37,002 nt of DNA from Kiritimatiellia bacterium (GCA_050942875.1 JBMNOD010000033.1:1-37002); one strand, 5' to 3'; positions 16,245 to 27,042 are shown, counted from the stretch's first letter. The notes: generated by a model from the letters alone, not told the origin. Program-made: numbers and translations.

Positions 16245-19200
16245 GTTGTATCTGTTGCTGGCGGCGATGGGGATCGTCTGTCTCTCGCCCTCGGCGTATG
16301 GCGGTTCGTCAACGTACTACTACCGCACGCAACTGATTGCCGAGGCGAACGACTCGGCGGCGGGCAAGGTCTACGCATCGACGTCGGCTTCCGCTCCAGG
16401 GGACGCCGACTACGGCACGCGGATCGAGTCCGACATCGTGGAGTCATCAAAGGATGGCTCGTCAGCCCCGACGATTTCCGTCACGTTTAACGTCTGGGCC
16501 AAGTCGAACGAGGGGTATACGTTCAAGGGGTGGTCTGAGACCAAGACCGACACTTCCGGACGAGCCGGTTCTTCATGGACTGTCAATAACTCAAGAGGAA
16601 ATGAGACCAAGGCAAACGCGGAACTTGTCCAAAAGACGATTTATGCCATTTTCCAGCCCGCTCCGCGGGCGACGATTACCTTCGTGGCGAACGAAGGCGG
16701 CGCCTATACCGTCAATGGCGGTGCGCCGGCCTCGAATCCGACGAACATCTATCTGGACGTGACGCTTTCCCTCGCGGCGCAGCCGGACGCCCAACACGGC
16801 GTCGTTGGATGGTATTTCGACGACGGTGCCACGAGAACCTATTTCAGCGCCGGGTCGGCCGCGACGCATACGGTCGCCGAGTCGGGCACGATCGGGGTTG
16901 AGTTCTGTGCGGCGGACGAGGTGGCGACAGTGACAACTTATGAAGCGCTGACGGCGGCCTTGGCAGACAGCGGGATAAAGAAGGTGTCGATCCCCAGCGG
17001 GAGCGCCGTTGTCGTCCCGGAAGGCAGTTCAATGACGATTCCGTCGGGCAAGGCGTTGTCGGCCGAGGGGACTCTCTATGTTGATGGCAGCGCCACTGTC
17101 CAGGGTTTGATTTCCGGCAATGTATCCGAGTGTGCGAAATGGATCAGGCAGCAGGGGCAGTCGGACGGTGTGCCTTTCAATCCCTATGGGACGGAGAAGT
17201 ACTGGAAGACCTCCGTTGCGACCAAGTCCGGCACCATCTCCGGAGCGACCGCGCATGCGACGGTCGTAAACGGCTTGGGACAGGCGTTTCGAATCGCTCT
17301 GCCGGCCTCGTCCAAGCTGCTTGTGGTCACGAGAGACACGTCGGTGGCGGTCAACCACATTACGGGGATTAGCAGCGTCGCCACTTCGGGCAACATCGTC
17401 AACGCGACGGCATCGGGCAAGATGTCCGTCCTGTTGGAAACGGGCTGCGTGGTCAACGGCGGCCTCACCGCGAAAACGGGTTTTGCAGGAGTTGTCGATT
17501 GCGCGGGGATCAATTGCTCAACGGCTAGTGGTTGTGAGGTGTCCGGAAATAACGGCGCGGCCGCATTTTTGAACTGCCCCAGCTTCACCGTATCGAAGTG
17601 CGTCAACATCTCGCACTCGTATTACAATTGCCAGTCGATCAAAATCTCCTCCTACAATGCATCGGGCTCGGGATGCGTTGAGTTCTACGATTGCGGGCCG
17701 ACGGTGACGATCAGTTATAGCAGAGCGCCGTCAACCACAACCTACGCGAGATTCTACAGTGGAACGTATGACTCAATGCCTCGTAACAGTTCGTGCGTGA
17801 TCTATGGCGGCAGATACAAGCAGGATCCCGGTACGGAAGGCGCCTATTTGGCCACGGGAAAATCCCTCCAGGTCAAACAGGAAGGGGGCTATTATGTCGT
17901 TTACGAGCATATAGCGGTCAACGTTGCGCAAATTGACACGGGTGCGGAGGTCCTGTCGTTTGAGACCCTGCAGGATGCATGTGATGCCGTCGGCAGCGGA
18001 CAGACGGTGCGCCTGGTTCAGAACTACGGGGAGAGCGAGACGGTGACCGTTGCGGCCGGCAAGAACTTCTCGTTTGAGCTGGCGGGCTACAGTCTGACGA
18101 ATACGGCGGGCAGGATCATCAACAATGGCGTGGTGTGGATCAAGGACAGCGCGACCCTGGACGCCACGGCCGAAACCAGTGTGATCGGCTGGGGAATCGA
18201 GAACAACGGCGTCATCACCAACACCTACGGCACCTACAAGGGCGATTTCACGCTCAATGCCGGAAGCAAACTGGTGACGCACAATGGCCGATTCCTGAAT
18301 CAGCTTGTCCTGGGCAGTGGCGTGTCGGATCCTACGGGCGTGGCCGATTTGCGCGGCGGCTGCTTCAGCATGGCTCTGAATGCCGCTGGATTCCTGGCGC
18401 AGGACTATTTGCAGAAGAACTCCTGGGTTGGGAAGTTCCCCTATGCTTTTGTCGAGGAGACCACGCAAAGCGGCTGTGAAAAGGCCTGGCAGGTGACTGC
18501 GCTGCCGCCCGCCGACTTGAGTCTCTATGCGAAGAGCGGCGCCGTTCGCAGTCTTCCCCGTGCCGAATACGCAAATGACGCGGATTGGTGCCGCCGGGCG
18601 GAACTGGAGTCGATGTTGAAGCCCTACAGTGGAACACTGGACTGCACGGTGAGCTTCGATCGTGCGGTGAGCCAGGGAACCGTCACGATTTATGCAAATG
18701 CCAAGACGACGATCAATGAAGCGCTTGATCGGGACATGGCGGCGAACGAAGTCTATCGTCTGCTCATCACCAAGTTCCTGAGTTATGGAAGCTCGTATAC
18801 GTTGTTTGGATATGACCGTTTTCTGACGGGGAACGACTTCACCCAGACAGCCAAAGTCGGAACGGCGGATGTCGGCGGCGCGAATACGGGCACGGTCATA
18901 AAATATGAGCTGGAAGTCTGCCACACGACCGACCGGCACGCAAATCCTCAAACGCCCTCGTTGTTCGTGAAGGATTTCGCGGTGGCCACATGCCGGTACA
19001 TGCTGGGCGGCAAGAAGGCGGCGATCGACCGTGACGGCAGCCGGCTCGCCTATGATTCGCTGGCGGCGGCCGTCGCGGCGTCTCAAGATGGCGAGACGAT
19101 CCTCATCGGCGCCGACACCGCCTCGGACGTGACGCTCGCGAAGGCCGGGACATATACGATCGACCCCTACGGTTTTGAGCACACAGGTCAGGTTTCAATC

Positions 19201-22200
19201 GGCGATGGATTTTTCCAGAAGGCTCCGGCAACGACTTCGCCCTCGCTTGCCGTTGCCCAGGATGTGCCCTCGGCGGACGCCACCACCTATGTCGTCGGGC
19301 GGAAGGTGGCGCAGGTGGGCGAAACGTTCTACGACAGCTTGAATCAGGCGATCGCGGCGGCGGGGGACGCGGTGGTGACATTGCTCGTCGCCACAGATGA
19401 ACAGATTCCGCTTGCCGAGAACGCGTCGTTCAAGTTGGCAGTTGCCCCGGGGGTGACGTTCGATGAAAATTCGATTGCCCCCGCAGATGGGTGCATGGTG
19501 CAGAAAACGGCGGGAGAAGGCCATACGACCTACAAGGCCATAAAGGATGTCGTTGAAACGGCGGACGGCACGAAGTATGCGACCGTGGCGGCGGCGATCG
19601 CGAACGAGACGGGAACCGAAATCGTCCTGACGGTGAAGGCGAGTGTCACGGAGACGGTTTCGGTGCCGGAGGGCAAGAAGGTGACGATCACGGTGGTGGA
19701 CGGCGCCGAACCGAATCTGACCGTGAATCCCGCCTCCGGCTCCTTCCTTGTGGAGACGAAGCGTGGCGCGACGACGTCCTACGAGGCGAAACGCATCACG
19801 GAGGATTTGGTCGAAACGCCTGCTGGTGTCGTCGCGAAGAAGGTTGAAGGCGGCGTGACGAACGACGTGGCGGACGCGTCGGCTTTCGTCGCGAGGCTGA
19901 CGGGCAACGCGGCGGCGGGGCGTGTCGACAACGCGGCTGTCGAGGCGCTGGACAAGATCACCGTGACGTTGACGGACATCCTCGTGGTCGAGTCGGACGT
20001 CATCGAGGCGGCGACCTTCGATGTGACGCCGACGGCGAAGGCCGGGCAGGAGCTGGGCGGGACGCTGCTGAAGTTCCGTCTGCCGGTCGATGCCGCGGCG
20101 GTCAAGCCGCGTGCGAAGATCTACCATGCGGGTGCGTTCTTCGGTGTGCTGCCCGTTGGCAGCGAGACGGTGGCGGGAACCGCCTGCAAGTTCATCGAGG
20201 TCGAATCGAACGCATTCAGTCCGTATGGCTACGAGTTGCTCGGTGGCGCGGAGAATCCGGTCGCGGCCATCGGCGGCATGGGCTACGCCACGCTGGACGA
20301 GGCGCTTGCGGCGGCGAATGACGGCGACATGATCGAGCTGCTCGCGGATGTTTCCGGCGTCACGGGCACGTACGCGATCTCGAAGTCGATCACCCTCGAC
20401 GGCAACGGATTCACGATCGCCGCGGCGGCGAACACCGAACCGCGGGATGTGGTCAACGCCTACATGGGGGCGCGCGTGATGTTCCAGGTGGGGGCGGCGA
20501 ACGCGACGTTCAGGAATCTGGTGGTCGACGGCCATGCGACGCATTACTACACGTTCCTGGCCGAGACGCAGAATGGCGTCTTCACGGTTGAAGATACGCA
20601 GTGGCTGCACGGCGGCGAGGCGTCCGTGGGCGGCGAGACCGGGGTCGGCTATGGCGCCGCCATCCACGTCAACGGCGCGACGCTCCTGGTGAACGGGCCC
20701 TTCCATGCCGACACGGGCGGGAAGGCGGCTGGCATCTTCCCCTTCACGGGCATCCTCTACGATGGCGGCGGCCTCCATTTCGACGATGCCGTGGAGGCGA
20801 CGATTGGCGCCGATCTGCTTCTGGTTGGAATGGACGAGGCCGTTGACCTGTCGACTGTGGACGCGCTTCTCGAGGCAATGAACACGCCGGCGGGGTTTGC
20901 GCCCTACACCCTCACGCTTGGCGGGGATTCCTCGTTGGCGTTCACCGGCGCCTCGCCGCTCGCGTGGAACGACATCGTCGACTACGGCAAGGCGATCATG
21001 GACGTCTCCGCGGGACTCGGCTACGAGGGGCTCGACAAGGACACGACGCCCGTCGAGGTCGGACTGCTCGCGGACACCGTGCTGCCGGCCACGTTCACGT
21101 TCGCGGACGCGAACTTCACCGTGAACGGCAACGGCAACGCGCTCTCGGGCACGATCGAGTACGCCGACGGCGCGGGCGCGCTCGGGAACGTCGTGATGGG
21201 CACGGCGGAGCGGCCGCTGGTCCTCGACGTGACGGGCGTGAGCGATCCCGTGCGGCTGGGCGGGGACGTCGCCCTGGCGAATCTCGTCATCCAAATGACG
21301 GCGGAGCAGGCCCGGGCGGGCGCGCCCGTGGTGAGCTGGGACGCCGTCGGCGGCGCGCCGGCGAACGGGGCGGCCGCCCGGGTCCAGATCGTCGACGGCG
21401 AGGGGGCGCCGACGGGCGCAACGGCGCAGCTGCTCTGGGACGAGGAGTGCGGAGTCGCCTACATCGGCCCGTGCGAGGCGCGCCTGACGGGGCCGACCCG
21501 CGAGACCCCGGTCTACACGACGCTCGCGGACGCGATCGCCGCGGCGGTCGACGGCGACACGGTGACATTGATGACGGACCTCGCGGACTACACGGGGACG
21601 ACGCTGATCACGAAGTCAATCACCCTCGACGGCAGCGGATTCACGATCGCCGCGGCGGCGAACGCGAATCCGCGCGACATGGCGGCTGCCTTCACGGGCG
21701 GCACGTCGATGATCAAGGTGGCGTCGGGCGAGGCGTCCATCCGCAACCTCACGCTGGACGGCGACGCCACGCACGCCTACACCTACCTGATCGAGGTCGT
21801 CAACGGCGGCACGGAGCTGACCACGGAGAACGTCCGCCTCGAGCACGGCGGCGAGCGGACGGCGGGAGGCCAGGCGGGGGCGGGCTACGGCGCGGGCGTC
21901 CACGTGAACAACGCCTCGCTCGTCGTGAAGGACGGCTTCTTCGCCTGCACGGGCGGGAAGGAGCACGGCATTTTCCCGTTCACGGGCATCCTGCCGGAGG
22001 GCGATTCCGCGGTGAGCTTCGACCTGGCCGACGACACGGACGAGAACCCGACCGTCGAGATCGGCGACGACCTGCTCCTCGTGGGCATGATCGGCGCGAT
22101 CCCGCCGGACGCCGCCCAGGACCTGCTGGACGACATGCGGGTGCCGTCCCGCTTCATCCCGTACACGCTCACGCTGGGCGACGGCACGGACTATGCGTTC

Positions 22201-25200
22201 ACCGGCGCCTCGCCGCTCGCGTGGAACGACATCATTGACTACGGCAAGGCGATCATGGACGTCTCCGCGGGACTCGGCTACGAGGGGCTCGACAAGGACA
22301 CGACGCCCGTCGAGGTCGGACTTCTCGCGGACACCGTGCTGCCGGCCACGTTCACGTTCGCCGACACGAACTTCACGGTGAACGGCAACGGCAACGCGCT
22401 CTCGGGCACGATCGAGTACACCGACGGCGCGGGCGCGATCGAGAACGTCGTGATGGGCACGGCGGAGCGGCCGCTGGTCCTCGACGTGACGGGCGTGAGC
22501 GATCCCGTGCGGCTGGGCGGGGACGTCTCCCTGGCGAATCTCGTCATCCAAATGACGGCGGAGCAGGCCCGGGCGGGCGCGCCGGTGGTGAGTTGGGACG
22601 CCGTCGGCGGCGCACCGGCGAACGGGACGGCCGCCCGGGTCCAGATCGTCGACGGCGAGGGGGCGCCGACGGGCGCAACGGCGCAGCTGCTCTGGGACGA
22701 GGAGACCGGAATCGCCTACATCGGCCCGTGCGAGGCGCGCCTGACGGGGCCGACCCACGAGAACCCGGTCTACACGACGCTCGCGGACGCGATCGCCGCG
22801 GCGGTCGACGGCGACACGGTGACATTGATGACGGACCTCGCGGGCTACACGGGGACGACGCTGATCACGAAGTCCCTGACGCTCGACGGCGCGAACCACG
22901 CGATCACGGCGGCGGCGAACACGAATCCGCGCGACATGGCGGCTGCCTTCACGGGCGGCACGTCGATGATCAAGGTGGCGTCGGGCGAGGCGTCCATCCG
23001 GAACCTCACGCTGGACGGCGACGCCACGCACGCCTACACCTACCTGATCGAGGTCGTCAACGTCGGCACGAAGCTGACCACGGAGAACGTCCACCTCGAG
23101 CACGGCGGCGAGCGGACGGCGGGCGGCCAGGCGGGGGCGGGCTACGGCGCGGGCATCCATGTGAACAACGCCTCGCTCGTCGTGAAGGACGGCTTCTTCG
23201 CCTGCACGGGCGGGAAGGAGCACGGCATCTTCCCGTTCACGGGCATCCTGCCGGAGGGCGATTCCGCTGTGAGCTTCGATCTGGCCGAGGACACGGACGA
23301 GAACCCGACCGTCGGGATCGGCGGCGACCTGCTCCTCGTGGGCATGATCGGCGCGATCCCGCTGGACGACGCCCAGGATCTGCTGGACGACATGCGGGTG
23401 CCGTCCCGCTTCATCCCGTACACGCTCACGCTGGGCGACGGCGCGGACTATGCGTTCACCGGCGCCTCGCCGCTCGCGTGGAACGACATCATTGACTACG
23501 GCAAGGCGATCATGGACATCTCCGCGGGACTCGGCTACGAGGGGCTCGACAAGGACACGACGCCCGTCGAGGTCGGACTTCTCGCGGATACCGTGCTGCC
23601 GGCCACGTTCACGTTCGCCGACACGAACTTCACGGTGAACGGCAACGGCAACGCGCTCTCGGGCACGATCGAGTACACCGACGGCGCGGGCGCGATCGAG
23701 AACGTCGTGATGGGCACGGCGGAGCGGCCGCTGGTCCTCGACGTGACGGGCGTGAGCGATCCCGTGCGGCTGGGCGGTGACGTCTCCCTGGCGAATCTCG
23801 TCATCCAAATGACGGCGGAGCAGGCCCGGGCGGGCGCGCCGGTGGTGAGTTGGGACGCCGTCGGCGGCGCACCGGCGAACGGGACGGCCGCCCAGGTCCA
23901 GATCGTCGACGGCGAGGGGGCGCCGACGGGCGCAACGGCGCAGTTGCTCTGGGACGAGGAGACCGGAATCGCCTACATCGGCCCGTGCGAGGCGCGCCTG
24001 ACGGGGCCGACCCACGGGAACCCGGTCTACACGACGCTCGCGGACGCGATCGCCGCGGCAACGGACAACGACACGGTCACGCTCCTTGCGGACAACCTCG
24101 CCGCAGAACTCGCCGCCGGCCAATCGGTCACCATCGACGACAACGGCCACAGCGGGCTCTCCATTACCACCGTCGAGGGCTACCAAGTCGTGTATGATGC
24201 TGGAACCTATACTTCGGTTCCGAACGAGCCGGCTGCCGTGGTGTGGGTGGACGACGATTATGCGGCGGGATCCAGTGGCGGGCACATTTGGGGCTACGAC
24301 GCCTTCGCGACCATTCAGGACGGTGTCGCGGCCGTGACGGCGAACGGGACGGTCAACATCCTCAGCGGCACGTACGCGGAGACCGTCACGACCGGCAAGA
24401 TCGTCAACTACGCGGGCGTGGAGGACGGAAACGGCGGCGGTCTGCCGACGGTGCTGGGATCCATCTCCATTAACGTTCCTGCCGCGCCGGATGCCGCTTC
24501 CCGGATCGAGAACATCCACTTCAAGTCTGATGGCGCCGCAGCCTGTCTGACGCTGAAGAACATCGATGGTGGCGTCACCGTCAGCAACTGCACGTTCAAC
24601 GGCGATGGAAAGCTCAAGAACGCGATCAATCTGGATAGCGCACCGAACGGCAACAACCTGGTTGTCGAGGACTCGGTGTTCACCAACGGCCTCTACCTGG
24701 CCATCAACGGGGCGGCCAGGGAGGTGGCCGTCCGGCGGACCTTGATCAGCGGGGCGAAGAGCGGCATCAACATGCAGTCCGGCGGAGTCGACCTGGTCGT
24801 CGAGGACTGCGACATCGCGGTGTCCGTGCAAGGGGCGGACTCAAGCTCCTACGGCGTGCGGTTTTCGTCCACCGACGCGGGGGCCGGCCATGACCTGACG
24901 GTCACGGGCAGCCGCATCGCGGTTGATCCCAACGGGTTCGAGATCGATCCGGCCAGGCACCGCGCCATCTGGATTCGCTCGGGCGCCTCGGGCGCGCTGC
25001 AAGTGGCGGAAAACATTATCGATGGCTACGTGGCGAACGAGTCCGCTGGCACGCTGGACGCCTCGGCCAACTACTGGGGCTCGGCGACGCCTGACATCAA
25101 TTCACTGATCATCGGGAATGTCGAGGTCGAAAGCCTCTACGTCGATACGGCCTTGACCGACCTGCGCTACTTGGCTGTATATGTTGATGACGACTTCACC

Positions 25201-27042
25201 GAGGAGACGGAAGGCTGGGGCGTCACCCGCTTTGCGACGATCCAGGACGGTGTCAGCGCTGTCGCGGCCGGCGGCACGGTCAACGCGCTGGCGGGGATCT
25301 ACAGCGAAAACGTCGCCTTGAACAAGCCGTTGACGCTTGCCGGTCCGGCGGTCGGCGAGAAGCCCTTGCTGGTCGGCATGATCACCGGGACGTACACGGG
25401 CGGTTTGGCGACGCGCATCGAGAACATCGACTTCAAGGTCAATGCGGTCGACAAGAACAACCTCAACCTCGCAGGGGTCGCGAACCTCACCGTCACGAGC
25501 TGCGATTTCAACGCCGACGGGCGCTTCATGACATCGCCGCAAGTGGTGGCCGTCCAGTTGGACAACAAAAAAACCTGCCAGGACATCACGTTCGATGCCT
25601 GTACCTTCCGCGACGGCTACTACGTCGCGATCCAGGGCCGGGCGGACAACCTGTTGATCAAGGACTGCCTCATCGACAACTGCAAGAGCGGCGTCAACAT
25701 CCAGCATGCCTCTGGCGCAGGAGCGACCGTGACCAATTGCGAAATCAACGTGGTGGCGCAAGGCGCGGTCAACGACACCTACGGCGTGCGCTTCGGCAGC
25801 GCAAGCGGCTTGGCGCAGAACTTGAACATCGTGGGTTGCATCTTCACCGTCGATCAGAACGAACTGACGCCTGACGCGGGCACCTGTTTCAACGCCGTCA
25901 TTGTACGCGAGGCGGCCTCGGGCACGCTGGCCATCTCGCAGTCGAGTGTCCTGGGCGGGGTGGTCAACCTGTCCGCGACGCCGCTCACGGCGGAAAACAA
26001 CTGGTTCGGCAGCGAGACCGGGCCGACCAACGCCGCGAATTTTGGCGGCCTCGGCGACGTGGTCGCCGGAACGGTCGACTTCAGCCCGTGGCTGGGCGAC
26101 GGCACGGACACGCAGCCGGGTGTCATCGGCTTCCAGTCGAACCCGACACCGGTCCACTACCTGTCCGCCGGCTTGACGTTCAGCACCGAGCCCACAGGCG
26201 CACGGCTGGGCGAGGCGTTGGGCACGCAGCCGGTCGTCACGGTGACGAACGAGATCGGCGAAATCGCGACACGGTTCAGCGGCAACATCGTGCTGGCGAT
26301 CGGGAACAACCCCGGAGCGCCGTTGACGGGCAGGCTGATCGGCACCACGAACCTCGTGGCCGTCAACGGTGTGGCAACCTTCACGGATGTCGCCATCGTC
26401 AGGGGCAAGGGCGACGGCTATACGCTTGTCGCTTCAACCGAAGGTCTGCCCGCGGTGACGAGCTCCGCCTTCAACATCGAGAACAGCCCGCCGGTGGCGG
26501 GCGCCATCAGCCTGGTGGCCGTCGCCGGGCAATCGCTCGCGTTCAACGCCGCGGACTACTGCCAGGACATCGATGGCGACACGCTCACGGTGAACGTGCC
26601 CAATCCGCCTGCGGGGCTGGACGTGGCGCGCGTCGATGGCCTGTTGGCCTATCTGGGCGCCCCGTCCGACATCGGCATGACGGTGACCTTTGACTACACG
26701 GTCAGCGATGGGCAGCTTGAGGCGCAAGGGACGGTCGTCATCGAGGTGGTGGACTCCATCGAGGACTACCTGAGCAAGGCGCTGGCGATCACCCACGTTG
26801 CGATCGAGCCTGGTTCCGCTGTCTGCATACTGCGCTTCCTCGCAGTTGAAGGCGAGGTGAGCTACGAAGTCCTGCAACGGCCGGACCTCGAGACAGGGGA
26901 ATGGGAGGTGGTGGCCGATGCCGATTGGACTTGCGAGCCGTCGGCAGACGGTTTCTACGGTGTCATGCAAGCGGTCGTGCCCATTTCCGAAGCCGCTCCT
27001 CGGATGTTCTACAGGATACACGCCACGATCAGCGCCCCCTAG
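16234..27042 (+). CDS. Giant (3602 aa) secreted/surface multi-beta-helix repeat protein; putative adhesin
   Basis: Signal peptide MKSKLYLLLAAMGIVCLSPSAYG. At least 10 pectin-lyase-fold N-cap motifs of the form Y.TL..A(I/L)AAA.(D)GDT(V/I).L. Cys-rich beta-helix segment around aa 400-500. Three ~419-aa tandem repeats (aa ~1345-2595). Two PbH1-type beta-helix domains with NCTFNGDG / DCDIAVS / ANYWGS / NNWFGSETGP. A cadherin-like/Ig-like DxD domain (QDIDGDTLTVNVPNP...TFDYTVSDG) near the C-terminus. The many long antisense ORFs across it are high-GC artefacts. Confidence 0.9.
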   Translation: MKSKLYLLLAAMGIVCLSPSAYGGSSTYYYRTQLIAEANDSAAGKVYASTSASAPGDADYGTRIESDIVESSKDGSSAPTISVTFNVWAKSNEGYTFKGWSETKTDTSGRAGSSWTVNNSRGNETKANAELVQKTIYAIFQPAPRATITFVANEGGAYTVNGGAPASNPTNIYLDVTLSLAAQPDAQHGVVGWYFDDGATRTYFSAGSAATHTVAESGTIGVEFCAADEVATVTTYEALTAALADSGIKKVSIPSGSAVVVPEGSSMTIPSGKALSAEGTLYVDGSATVQGLISGNVSECAKWIRQQGQSDGVPFNPYGTEKYWKTSVATKSGTISGATAHATVVNGLGQAFRIALPASSKLLVVTRDTSVAVNHITGISSVATSGNIVNATASGKMSVLLETGCVVNGGLTAKTGFAGVVDCAGINCSTASGCEVSGNNGAAAFLNCPSFTVSKCVNISHSYYNCQSIKISSYNASGSGCVEFYDCGPTVTISYSRAPSTTTYARFYSGTYDSMPRNSSCVIYGGRYKQDPGTEGAYLATGKSLQVKQEGGYYVVYEHIAVNVAQIDTGAEVLSFETLQDACDAVGSGQTVRLVQNYGESETVTVAAGKNFSFELAGYSLTNTAGRIINNGVVWIKDSATLDATAETSVIGWGIENNGVITNTYGTYKGDFTLNAGSKLVTHNGRFLNQLVLGSGVSDPTGVADLRGGCFSMALNAAGFLAQDYLQKNSWVGKFPYAFVEETTQSGCEKAWQVTALPPADLSLYAKSGAVRSLPRAEYANDADWCRRAELESMLKPYSGTLDCTVSFDRAVSQGTVTIYANAKTTINEALDRDMAANEVYRLLITKFLSYGSSYTLFGYDRFLTGNDFTQTAKVGTADVGGANTGTVIKYELEVCHTTDRHANPQTPSLFVKDFAVATCRYMLGGKKAAIDRDGSRLAYDSLAAAVAASQDGETILIGADTASDVTLAKAGTYTIDPYGFEHTGQVSIGDGFFQKAPATTSPSLAVAQDVPSADATTYVVGRKVAQVGETFYDSLNQAIAAAGDAVVTLLVATDEQIPLAENASFKLAVAPGVTFDENSIAPADGCMVQKTAGEGHTTYKAIKDVVETADGTKYATVAAAIANETGTEIVLTVKASVTETVSVPEGKKVTITVVDGAEPNLTVNPASGSFLVETKRGATTSYEAKRITEDLVETPAGVVAKKVEGGVTNDVADASAFVARLTGNAAAGRVDNAAVEALDKITVTLTDILVVESDVIEAATFDVTPTAKAGQELGGTLLKFRLPVDAAAVKPRAKIYHAGAFFGVLPVGSETVAGTACKFIEVESNAFSPYGYELLGGAENPVAAIGGMGYATLDEALAAANDGDMIELLADVSGVTGTYAISKSITLDGNGFTIAAAANTEPRDVVNAYMGARVMFQVGAANATFRNLVVDGHATHYYTFLAETQNGVFTVEDTQWLHGGEASVGGETGVGYGAAIHVNGATLLVNGPFHADTGGKAAGIFPFTGILYDGGGLHFDDAVEATIGADLLLVGMDEAVDLSTVDALLEAMNTPAGFAPYTLTLGGDSSLAFTGASPLAWNDIVDYGKAIMDVSAGLGYEGLDKDTTPVEVGLLADTVLPATFTFADANFTVNGNGNALSGTIEYADGAGALGNVVMGTAERPLVLDVTGVSDPVRLGGDVALANLVIQMTAEQARAGAPVVSWDAVGGAPANGAAARVQIVDGEGAPTGATAQLLWDEECGVAYIGPCEARLTGPTRETPVYTTLADAIAAAVDGDTVTLMTDLADYTGTTLITKSITLDGSGFTIAAAANANPRDMAAAFTGGTSMIKVASGEASIRNLTLDGDATHAYTYLIEVVNGGTELTTENVRLEHGGERTAGGQAGAGYGAGVHVNNASLVVKDGFFACTGGKEHGIFPFTGILPEGDSAVSFDLADDTDENPTVEIGDDLLLVGMIGAIPPDAAQDLLDDMRVPSRFIPYTLTLGDGTDYAFTGASPLAWNDIIDYGKAIMDVSAGLGYEGLDKDTTPVEVGLLADTVLPATFTFADTNFTVNGNGNALSGTIEYTDGAGAIENVVMGTAERPLVLDVTGVSDPVRLGGDVSLANLVIQMTAEQARAGAPVVSWDAVGGAPANGTAARVQIVDGEGAPTGATAQLLWDEETGIAYIGPCEARLTGPTHENPVYTTLADAIAAAVDGDTVTLMTDLAGYTGTTLITKSLTLDGANHAITAAANTNPRDMAAAFTGGTSMIKVASGEASIRNLTLDGDATHAYTYLIEVVNVGTKLTTENVHLEHGGERTAGGQAGAGYGAGIHVNNASLVVKDGFFACTGGKEHGIFPFTGILPEGDSAVSFDLAEDTDENPTVGIGGDLLLVGMIGAIPLDDAQDLLDDMRVPSRFIPYTLTLGDGADYAFTGASPLAWNDIIDYGKAIMDISAGLGYEGLDKDTTPVEVGLLADTVLPATFTFADTNFTVNGNGNALSGTIEYTDGAGAIENVVMGTAERPLVLDVTGVSDPVRLGGDVSLANLVIQMTAEQARAGAPVVSWDAVGGAPANGTAAQVQIVDGEGAPTGATAQLLWDEETGIAYIGPCEARLTGPTHGNPVYTTLADAIAAATDNDTVTLLADNLAAELAAGQSVTIDDNGHSGLSITTVEGYQVVYDAGTYTSVPNEPAAVVWVDDDYAAGSSGGHIWGYDAFATIQDGVAAVTANGTVNILSGTYAETVTTGKIVNYAGVEDGNGGGLPTVLGSISINVPAAPDAASRIENIHFKSDGAAACLTLKNIDGGVTVSNCTFNGDGKLKNAINLDSAPNGNNLVVEDSVFTNGLYLAINGAAREVAVRRTLISGAKSGINMQSGGVDLVVEDCDIAVSVQGADSSSYGVRFSSTDAGAGHDLTVTGSRIAVDPNGFEIDPARHRAIWIRSGASGALQVAENIIDGYVANESAGTLDASANYWGSATPDINSLIIGNVEVESLYVDTALTDLRYLAVYVDDDFTEETEGWGVTRFATIQDGVSAVAAGGTVNALAGIYSENVALNKPLTLAGPAVGEKPLLVGMITGTYTGGLATRIENIDFKVNAVDKNNLNLAGVANLTVTSCDFNADGRFMTSPQVVAVQLDNKKTCQDITFDACTFRDGYYVAIQGRADNLLIKDCLIDNCKSGVNIQHASGAGATVTNCEINVVAQGAVNDTYGVRFGSASGLAQNLNIVGCIFTVDQNELTPDAGTCFNAVIVREAASGTLAISQSSVLGGVVNLSATPLTAENNWFGSETGPTNAANFGGLGDVVAGTVDFSPWLGDGTDTQPGVIGFQSNPTPVHYLSAGLTFSTEPTGARLGEALGTQPVVTVTNEIGEIATRFSGNIVLAIGNNPGAPLTGRLIGTTNLVAVNGVATFTDVAIVRGKGDGYTLVASTEGLPAVTSSAFNIENSPPVAGAISLVAVAGQSLAFNAADYCQDIDGDTLTVNVPNPPAGLDVARVDGLLAYLGAPSDIGMTVTFDYTVSDGQLEAQGTVVIEVVDSIEDYLSKALAITHVAIEPGSAVCILRFLAVEGEVSYEVLQRPDLETGEWEVVADADWTCEPSADGFYGVMQAVVPISEAAPRMFYRIHATISAP
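20270..24014 (+). repeat. Three tandem ~1.25-kb coding repeats inside the giant gene: R1 ~20270-21500 (diverged in its first half), R2 ~21500-22757, R3 ~22757-24014 (R2 and R3 near-identical)
   Basis: A 200-nt block (gcgtggaacgacatc...gggcacgatcgagtac) recurs at 20961, 22218 and 23475, a 1257-nt period. Short antisense ORFs also recur with the same period (21021, 22278, 23535). Protein repeats read YTTLADAIAAAVDGDTVTLMTDLA...PCEARLTGPT. Confidence 0.85.

Noticed and set aside
21616-24831. 1071-aa ORF antisense to the giant gene, plus other long antisense ORFs (19195-21294, 25102-26157, 26434-27081)
   Set aside because: Typical high-GC antisense open frames. Their translations are Arg/Pro/Gly-rich low-complexity strings with no domain logic, and they repeat with the 1257-nt period only because the sense-strand repeats do. 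The plus-strand frame has a signal peptide and coherent beta-helix domain structure.
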